Positions 23,832-30,589 of a stretch of 32,000 nt of DNA are shown one piece after another. Each line of letters opens with the position of its first letter. Within the stretch, counting starts at the first letter, position 1. The position numbers were made by a program, and so were the translations under genes. Below the pieces are notes generated by a model. That model did not search any database. It worked only from the letters and a program-made list of their open reading frames with translations, and was not told where the DNA came from. Location: contig NC_013964.1 in NCBI RefSeq assembly GCF_000025685.1, forward strand, positions 210,001 to 242,000, in the 5' to 3' direction. This stretch comes from Haloferax volcanii DS2 (GTDB lineage: Archaea; Halobacteriota; Halobacteria; Halobacteriales; Haloferacaceae).

Positions 23832-24746
23832 TCAAATCGCCCGCGACCGTTTCACCCAGCCGATTCGCGTGATTGCCTCCGCGCCGAGTTGTCCGAGGAG
23901 GCCCGCGGCTTCGAGGTCGTGTTCCTCGAACGCGTCGACGACCACGTCGCCGGCGCTGAGCACGCCGTGGCTCCCGATGGGAACGTACAGCCCCGATTGG
24001 AGCGCGCCCCGACTGTGGTCGTCTTCGGTGTGCTCGTGGTTCGCGTGGATGACCGGCTCGCCCGTCCGGTACGTCCGCGCGGCCGGCGTGTCCTCGCTGA
24101 CCGAGTAGTTCGGCCGGTCGCCGGCGCGTTCCAGACACTCCTCGGTCGCTTCGATGGTTTGGAGCATGTTCCGGTTCTCGTCGACCAACCGGACGGTCGT
24201 GTTGACGAGGCCGAGGACGTTCTTCGCCGCGTCGGCCAGTATCTCCGCCACCTCCGCCTTCGAACTCGCGTTCCGTAACTCCTGGCTCGTCCGGCGAAGA
24301 ATCTCGATGCGCTGTTCCTGACGCTTCGTGTCCGTCACGTCCCGCACGACACCGTAGAGCGTGACCGTCTGACCGTCCTCTACCAGCGGGTCGCACGAAA
24401 GCCGTATCGACCGCTCGGTCGTTCGCTCGCTCGCGTACCGCACGTCGATAGCAAAGGGCTCGCCGTGTTCGATAGCGTCGCCGAGGCGAACCAACACGCC
24501 GTCTTGGTCGCCTTCGGCGTACTGCTCGACGACGTCCGAGACGGTCGGCGTCGCCGCCGCGTCGAACCCGTGTATTCGCTTTGCCTCGTCGCTCCACCAC
24601 AGTTCGTCGCGCGACACGTCGTAGGACCACACGCCGATACCGGTCAGTCGCTGGAGGCTCGCGAGCAGTTGGTCGACCTCCGTCTTGGACGCCGTCGGGA
24701 TGGCGCGCGCCACGTCAGTTTGATTCCAGTTCGGTGACCTGACCAT
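23832..24746 (-). CDS. PAS-GAF sensor protein without a recognisable output domain
   Basis: 304 aa. The PAS part is GIGVWSYDVSRDELWWSDEAKRIHGF...LYGVVRDVTDTKRQEQ. A GAF-like half follows. There is no HTH or kinase region. A TTTATA box (complement of 24775-24780) lies 34 nt upstream. Confidence 0.75.
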   Translation of the reverse strand: MVRSPNWNQTDVARAIPTASKTEVDQLLASLQRLTGIGVWSYDVSRDELWWSDEAKRIHGFDAAATPTVSDVVEQYAEGDQDGVLVRLGDAIEHGEPFAIDVRYASERTTERSIRLSCDPLVEDGQTVTLYGVVRDVTDTKRQEQRIEILRRTSQELRNASSKAEVAEILADAAKNVLGLVNTTVRLVDENRNMLQTIEATEECLERAGDRPNYSVSEDTPAARTYRTGEPVIHANHEHTEDDHSRGALQSGLYVPIGSHGVLSAGDVVVDAFEEHDLEAAGLLGQLGAEAITRIGWVKRSRAI

Positions 24747-24840
24747 GAATGAGGATACGTACCGAGGACGCGACTATAAATCCCCACGTCGGTCGTGAGG
24801 GCCGTTCGGGGGACGAGAACGTGTCGCAACACCAGAGGAT

Positions 24841-24848
24841 TTAATCCG
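24841..24848 (+). promoter_or_regulatory. TATA-like box TTAATCCG for the fused oxidase
   Basis: Starts 26 nt upstream of ATG 24867 and 29 nt upstream of ATG 24870. Confidence 0.45.
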
Positions 24849-24866
24849 TGCGTATTTGTATCATTG

Positions 24867-27800
24867 ATGATGGCAGTTGAAGACGTGCTCGACTCCCCAC
24901 GGGGAGGAGAGACATCGGCGACGACGCTCGACGTGGACCGTCCGGACGCGACGGCCTACACCGCACTGGCGACGGAGTTACGGGACCGCGTCGACGGCGA
25001 CGTGAAGTTCGACGAGTACGCGCAGGTGCTGTACGCGACCGACGGCAGCATCTATCAGGCGCGACCCGCGGGGGTCGTCCTGCCGAGGGACGCCGACGAC
25101 GTTCGCGCCACCGTGGAGACCGGGGCAAACCACGGCGTCCCCGTTCTGCCACGCGGAACGGGCTCCTCGCTGGGCGGCCAAACCGTCGGACGTGGCTGCG
25201 TCGTCATCGATTTCACGAAGTACATGGACGATATCGTCGATATCGACCCGCAGGCGAGGCGTGCCACCGTCCAGCCGGGGTGCGTTCAGGACCACCTCGA
25301 CGCCGCGCTCGCGGACCACGGCCTCAAGTTCGCGCCGGACCCCGCCTCCTCGAATCGCTCGACCGTGGGCGGCGGCATCGGCAACAACTCCACGGGCGCG
25401 CACTCGGTCCGCTACGGCATCACCGGCGCCTACACCGAGGAGTTGGAAGTGATTCTGGCCGACGGCTCGCTGATTCACACCCGCGAGGTCGTCCTCGACA
25501 GCGACGAGTACGACTCGATTCTCGCCCAAGACGACCTGGAGGCGAACATCTACCGGACGGTCCGGGCGCTCGTCGAGAACCACGAGTCGGAAATAGAGAA
25601 CAAGTATCCGAGCCTCAAGCGCTCGGTGTCGGGGTATAACCTCCAGAAAGTCATCTACGAGAACGACGACGGCGAGGCGGTCATCAACCTCTCGAAGCTG
25701 TTCGTCGGCGCGGAGGGCACCCTCGGCGTCATCGTCGAGGCGACCGTCTCGCTCGTCACCAAGCCGGACGAGACGGCGCTCGCGCTGTACTGCTTCGACG
25801 ACCTCGTGGACGCGATGGAGGCCGTCCCGGAGGCGCTCGAATTCCCCGTCAGCGCCGTCGAACTCATGGACGACGAGGTGTTCCGCCTCGCCCGCGAGTC
25901 GGAGGGCTACGCCGAGTACGCCGAACCCATCCCCGAGGGCGCGAAGGCGGCGCTGATGCTGGAGTGGGACGACGAACTCGTCGACGACTTCGAGGCCGCG
26001 GTCGCGGACACGAACGCCCACTTCGTCGACTCCGGCGCGGCGTTCGACGTGCTCGAAGCCTACTCCGAGGAGAGCCAAGGCCGACTGTGGAAGCTCCGCA
26101 AGGCGGCGATTCCGCTGTTGATGAGCCTCGAAGGCGACCCGAAGCCGTACCCGTTCATCGAGGACGCGACCGTCCCGCCCGAAGAACTCGCGGAGTACGT
26201 CCAGAAGTTCGAGGACGTCCTTGAGAACCACGGCACGTCGGCCGCGTACTTCGCCCACGCCGGGTCGGGGACGCTCCACATCCGCCCGATTCTGAACCTC
26301 AAGGAGAACGAGGGCATCGAGAAGATGCACTCCATCACCGACGACGTGACCGACCTCGTCGTCGAACACCACGGGGCCTTCTCGGGCGAGCACGGCGACG
26401 GGATGGCCCGGACCGAGTTCAACCCGAAGATGTACGGACCCGAACTCTGGGGCGCGTTCAAGGAACTGAAGACGGCGTTCGACCCCGACTGGCTGTTCAA
26501 CCCCGGAAACGTCGTCTACCGCGACGGACCCTCGGACCCCGGCCCGGACAGCGACCGGGGCGTCGGCGCGGACATGCGCGAGAACCTCCGCTACGGTCCC
26601 GACTACCAGTCCGTCGAGCCCCAGACCGACCTCGACTTCGACGACGAGGGCGGCTTCTCGCACCTCGTCGAACTCTGTAACGGCTGTGGCACTTGCCGGC
26701 AGACCGACTCGAACACCATGTGCCCGACCTACCGCGCCTCGAAAGAGGAGGTCCAGACCACTCGCGGGCGCGCGAACATGCTCCGGGCCGCCATCTCGGG
26801 CGAACTCCCCGAGGACGAACTGTACTCCGAGCGCTTCCAGACCGAGGTGCTGGACCTCTGTGTCGGCTGTAAGGGCTGTCAGAGCGACTGCCCGACCGGC
26901 GTCGACATGGCGAAGCTGAAATCCGAGGTGAAACACCAGTACCACCAGAAAGAGGGCACCAGCCTCCGCTCGCGGGTGTTCGCCAACGTCGACACGCTGT
27001 CGAAACTCGGGAGCAAACTCGCCCCGCTTTCGAACGTCGCCGCGGAGCTTCCGGGGAGCCGTCTCCTGCTGGAGAAGGTCCTCGGCATCGCCAGCGAGCG
27101 CGACCTGCCGAGTTTCAGCAGCGAGTCGCTGGAGGAGTGGTTCGAGGCCCGCGGCGGGTCGTCGGTGCCGCCCGCCGAGGCCCGCGGGAAGGTGCTTCTG
27201 TTCCCCGACACCTACACCAACTACAACTACCCCGAACCCGGCAAGGCCGCGGTCGAGGTCCTCGAAGCCGCGAACGTCCACGTTCGGATTCCGAGCGACC
27301 TCGAATCGAGCGGTCGCGCCGCGTTCTCGATGGGGATGCTCGATACGGCCCGCGACCGAGCGCGACACAACGTCGGGCGACTTCGCCCCTACGTCGACGA
27401 CGGCTGGTCGGTCGTCTTCGTCGAGCCCTCCGACGCGGTGATGTTCCAAGACGAGTATCTCGACCTCCTCGACGGGACGGCCGTCGAACTCGTCTCGGGG
27501 TCGGCCTACGGCGTCATGGAGTACCTCGACGCCGCGCGCGCCGACGACCACCTCGACTTCGACGCCTCCGCCGAGACGCTGACGTACCACGGCCACTGCA
27601 ACCAGAAGGCGACGAACAAGGACCACCACGCCGTGGGCGTCCTGCGACGCTCCGGCTACGCCGTCGACCCGCTCGACTCCAGTTGCTGCGGGATGGCCGG
27701 GTCGTTCGGCTACGAGGAAGAGCACTACGAACTCTCGAAGGGCATCGGCGAAATCCTGTTCGGACAGGTCGACGACAGCCCCGGCGACGTCGTCACGGCA

Positions 27801-27893
27801 CCCGGCGCGTCGTGTCGCTCCCAACTCGGCGACAGACCCGGCGAGTCCCGCCCGCCCCACCCCATCGAGAAGATGGCCGAAGCCCTCGACTGA
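24867..27893 (+). CDS. FAD-binding (GlcD/Dld-like) and Fe-S/CCG (GlcF/GlpC-like) fused 2-hydroxyacid oxidoreductase
   Basis: Frame of ORF 24795..27893. Start at ATG 24867 (MMAVEDVL...). It has an FAD PCMH-type domain (PRGTGSSLGGQ), two ferredoxin-type clusters (CNGCGTCRQTDSNTMCP and CVGCKGCQSDCP) and CCG motifs (SSCCGMAGSFG). Confidence 0.9.
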   Translation: MMAVEDVLDSPRGGETSATTLDVDRPDATAYTALATELRDRVDGDVKFDEYAQVLYATDGSIYQARPAGVVLPRDADDVRATVETGANHGVPVLPRGTGSSLGGQTVGRGCVVIDFTKYMDDIVDIDPQARRATVQPGCVQDHLDAALADHGLKFAPDPASSNRSTVGGGIGNNSTGAHSVRYGITGAYTEELEVILADGSLIHTREVVLDSDEYDSILAQDDLEANIYRTVRALVENHESEIENKYPSLKRSVSGYNLQKVIYENDDGEAVINLSKLFVGAEGTLGVIVEATVSLVTKPDETALALYCFDDLVDAMEAVPEALEFPVSAVELMDDEVFRLARESEGYAEYAEPIPEGAKAALMLEWDDELVDDFEAAVADTNAHFVDSGAAFDVLEAYSEESQGRLWKLRKAAIPLLMSLEGDPKPYPFIEDATVPPEELAEYVQKFEDVLENHGTSAAYFAHAGSGTLHIRPILNLKENEGIEKMHSITDDVTDLVVEHHGAFSGEHGDGMARTEFNPKMYGPELWGAFKELKTAFDPDWLFNPGNVVYRDGPSDPGPDSDRGVGADMRENLRYGPDYQSVEPQTDLDFDDEGGFSHLVELCNGCGTCRQTDSNTMCPTYRASKEEVQTTRGRANMLRAAISGELPEDELYSERFQTEVLDLCVGCKGCQSDCPTGVDMAKLKSEVKHQYHQKEGTSLRSRVFANVDTLSKLGSKLAPLSNVAAELPGSRLLLEKVLGIASERDLPSFSSESLEEWFEARGGSSVPPAEARGKVLLFPDTYTNYNYPEPGKAAVEVLEAANVHVRIPSDLESSGRAAFSMGMLDTARDRARHNVGRLRPYVDDGWSVVFVEPSDAVMFQDEYLDLLDGTAVELVSGSAYGVMEYLDAARADDHLDFDASAETLTYHGHCNQKATNKDHHAVGVLRRSGYAVDPLDSSCCGMAGSFGYEEEHYELSKGIGEILFGQVDDSPGDVVTAPGASCRSQLGDRPGESRPPHPIEKMAEALD

Positions 27894-27901
27894 CCACGCC
27901 A

Positions 27902-27976
27902 CCGACAGCCGACAGCCGATAGCCTGACGCGCTCCCCCCGAACCAGCCAGCCTGACGCGGTTCACGAACCAGCACC
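27902..27976. repeat. tandem heptamers followed by a 28-nt tandem duplication in the oxidase 3' flank
   Basis: CCGACAG, CCGACAG, CCGATAG run at 27902-27922. Unit AGCCTGACGCGCTCCCCCCGAACCAGCC (27921-27948) is repeated as AGCCTGACGCGGTTCACGAACCAGCACC (27949-27976). Confidence 0.7.
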
Positions 27977-28092
27977 GAACTCGCCGCCTTGCACCCGCGG
28001 CGACGTTTCGTGCCGTCAGTTCCCACCCGCGGAGCCGACGTTCACGGCCGGCGATACTTATTACTGACAGCAGCGGCTGCGTAGAGACGACG

Positions 28093-28698
28093 ATGCTAGA
28101 CGTACTGGAGACCGTCGAACTCTCGACCGCGTTTTTCGCCTCGCTCGGCGCGCCGGGGCTGTTGCTCGTGGCGTTTCTCGAATTCTTCTTGCTACCCGTC
28201 CCGCCGGACTTGGTGCTGGTCCCGCTGTCGGCGACGAACCCCGAGTTCGCGCTCCCGTACGCAGTCGTCGCGACCGTCGGGTCGGTGTCGGCGGGGCTGG
28301 TCGGCTTCCTCATGGGCAAGAAAGGCGGCCGGCGCGCGCTGGACTCGCGGTTCGCGGGCGAGCGGATTCACAAGGTCGAGCGATACTTCGAGCGCTCCGG
28401 GTTCGTGACGGTCGCGTTCGGGGCGTTCGCGCCGATTCCCGAGGGGTACGAACTGCTCTCTATCGGGTCCGGCGTGTTCGACCTCGACCTCCGGACGTAT
28501 CTGGCGGCGTCAGTGCTCGGGCGCGGCAGTCGGTACACCATCGAAGCGCTGCTCGCGGTCTATCTCGGCGAGGCCGCCCGGTCGCTCACCGAGGTCGACG
28601 TGTACTCGATTATCGGCGTCGCCACCGCGGTCGTCCTCGTCGCGTACGTCGTCCGCAATCGGTGGTTCTCGGACCGCTCGGCCGAGCCGGTGCAGTAA
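28093..28698 (+). CDS. DedA/SNARE-associated (VTT domain) membrane protein
   Basis: 201 aa. FFLLPVPPDLVLVPL and FAPIPEGYELLSIGSGV are typical of YqaA/DedA-like proteins. Confidence 0.8.
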   Translation: MLDVLETVELSTAFFASLGAPGLLLVAFLEFFLLPVPPDLVLVPLSATNPEFALPYAVVATVGSVSAGLVGFLMGKKGGRRALDSRFAGERIHKVERYFERSGFVTVAFGAFAPIPEGYELLSIGSGVFDLDLRTYLAASVLGRGSRYTIEALLAVYLGEAARSLTEVDVYSIIGVATAVVLVAYVVRNRWFSDRSAEPVQ

Positions 28699-28714
28699 GT
28701 CGGCGGAACCGCGG

Positions 28715-30454
28715 TCAGGCGACTTCGTCGCCGCTTCGCCACTGGTCGATGACTTCGAGCAGCACCTCGGTTTCGAGGGTTTCGTTGCGCCAGTCACCGA
28801 CCGCGTCGGTCAGCCCCGTCGCGTCGACGACGTTCTCCTCGTTCGCGTAGTCCGCGACGGGGTTCTCGACGACGAACGGAATCATCATCTTGTTGTCCTC
28901 GTGTTCGAGCATGTGGCAGTGCCACGGGAACTGTCCGGTGTAGCCCTCGAACGTCACGAGTATCCGCACGCGTTCGCCGGGGTCGACGCGGACGGTGTCT
29001 TTCGGCCCAAGTTCGTTGGGGTCCGGCGGTTGCGTCCCGTCGGGTCCGCGGCCGATGACTCTGAACGTGACCAGATGCAGGTGAATCGGGTGTCGCCCGC
29101 CCGACTCGTTTTGCAGTTCCCATATCTCGGTCGCTCCGAGTTGCGGGTAGACCGGCGCGTCCTCGTCGCCGAAGACGTGGCCGTTCAGCGTGTGCGTGAT
29201 GAGGCCGTTTCGAACCTCGGTCCCGAGCGTCATCTCGCGGGTCACCCGCGCGTCGCTCTCGTCGTACGAGGCCGGCGTCGGAAGCGACAGACTCGTCGGG
29301 TCGGCGCTCGCGTCCTCCGGCGGCGTCGACGGGTCCGAGACGCGGAACTCGACGAGGTCGGTCAGTTCGGGACCCATGTCGGCCCCGTTGGCGAGCGTGA
29401 GCGTCTCGCCCGCGTGGTCGGAGAAGTCGACGACGAGTTCGCCGCGCTCGAACGGCGTGAGCAGCAGGGAGTCGAGGTCGCCGTTCGGGCCGATGGGGAC
29501 GACCGATTCGAGGAAGCCGTGACCGGGGGCGAACTGGTACATCGTCGGGACGCCCGACCCGCTTTCGCTCTCCAGTTGCAGGTCGAACGAGCGGTGATTC
29601 GCGCCGTTCAGGATGCGGAACCGGTACCGCCGCGGTTCGACCTCGACGTACGGCCACACGGCCCCGTTGACGACGGCGGTATCGCCGAGGAACGCCGAGA
29701 CGAACTCCTCGGGGTAGTGCAGCGAGCCGTCGTCGTTGAACTCCTTGTCTTGCAGCAACAGCGGGATGTCGTAGTCGCCCGACGGCAGGCCGAGTTCGCG
29801 CTCCGCGTCGGTCGTAATCGAGTAGAGACCGAGAAGCCCGGCGTAGGCGTTGAGTCGCGTGATGCCCAGCGTGTGGTCGTGGTACGTCGACGTCGTTCGC
29901 CCCTGTTCCATCGGAAGCTCCTGCCACGCCGAGTCGAACCGCGGTCCCTCGACCCCGCCCGGCGAGGTCCACATATCGGACTGCCCGTCGTTCGCGGGGT
30001 CGAGTTCAAGGCCGTGGAAGTGCGTGACGGTCCGAACCTCCGGCACGGGACCGTCGTAGCCGGGGTGGTTCTCCGCGGTCGTGCCGCCGAGTCGGTCGTC
30101 GACGGGAAAGAGGTGTTCGCTCGGGAGGCCGCTGTTGTCGAAGCGAACGTGGACCGGGCTCCCGGCGTCCGCCTCGATGGTCGGGCCGGGATACGACCCG
30201 TCGAACCCCCAGACCGTCGTCTCCGGCAGGTCCGGGTGAAGCTGTTGGGTGAACTCGGTGACCGCTATCTCGTACGCGTCCGCGCCGTCTCGCTGTCCGT
30301 CGGGCTCTCGGACCGACGGAATCGGAAGCGGTTGGACGAACTTCTCCAACGTCGGTGACGCCGCCGACACCTCCGTCGTCGTCTGCGGGAGCGTTCCGGC
30401 GATGCCGAGGGCTGCGCCTGTCTGTAAGAACCGCCGCCTAGACCAGTCTGTCAT
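28715..30454 (-). CDS. lccA: Tat-secreted multicopper oxidase (laccase, LccA-like)
   Basis: 579 aa with a SRRRFLQTGAALG Tat signal. Copper-ligand motifs are HFHG, YHDH, HPIHLHL and HCHMLEHED. From memory, it resembles Haloferax volcanii LccA. Confidence 0.9.
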   Translation of the reverse strand: MTDWSRRRFLQTGAALGIAGTLPQTTTEVSAASPTLEKFVQPLPIPSVREPDGQRDGADAYEIAVTEFTQQLHPDLPETTVWGFDGSYPGPTIEADAGSPVHVRFDNSGLPSEHLFPVDDRLGGTTAENHPGYDGPVPEVRTVTHFHGLELDPANDGQSDMWTSPGGVEGPRFDSAWQELPMEQGRTTSTYHDHTLGITRLNAYAGLLGLYSITTDAERELGLPSGDYDIPLLLQDKEFNDDGSLHYPEEFVSAFLGDTAVVNGAVWPYVEVEPRRYRFRILNGANHRSFDLQLESESGSGVPTMYQFAPGHGFLESVVPIGPNGDLDSLLLTPFERGELVVDFSDHAGETLTLANGADMGPELTDLVEFRVSDPSTPPEDASADPTSLSLPTPASYDESDARVTREMTLGTEVRNGLITHTLNGHVFGDEDAPVYPQLGATEIWELQNESGGRHPIHLHLVTFRVIGRGPDGTQPPDPNELGPKDTVRVDPGERVRILVTFEGYTGQFPWHCHMLEHEDNKMMIPFVVENPVADYANEENVVDATGLTDAVGDWRNETLETEVLLEVIDQWRSGDEVA

Positions 30455-30562
30455 GATGGACCCTGAACTACGACTTGGGAGTTATTATATTAAATCTTCT
30501 GAATGTCCGAATCAGGCCCGAGAACGGGCGTCGAGAGCGTGGCTGACCGCGGCGATTCGAGT

Positions 30563-30585
30563 GCGAGACGGGCGGGCCGTCTCGC
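30563..30585 (-). terminator. 9-bp GC-rich hairpin just after the surface-protein stop
   Basis: GCGAGACGG-GCGGG-CCGTCTCGC, 5 nt downstream of the TAG (30590-30592). No T-run follows. Confidence 0.35.
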
Positions 30586-30589
30586 TTCG

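Noticed and set aside
24978-28319. Very long antisense ORFs, for example 24978..28319 minus (1113 aa), 11633..13468 minus (611 aa), 21458..23305 minus (615 aa), 6229..7176 minus and 7544..8659 minus
   Set aside because: These are shadow ORFs typical of high-GC DNA. They are R/G/P/A/D/V-rich with no motifs, and each lies exactly opposite a gene with strong family signatures.
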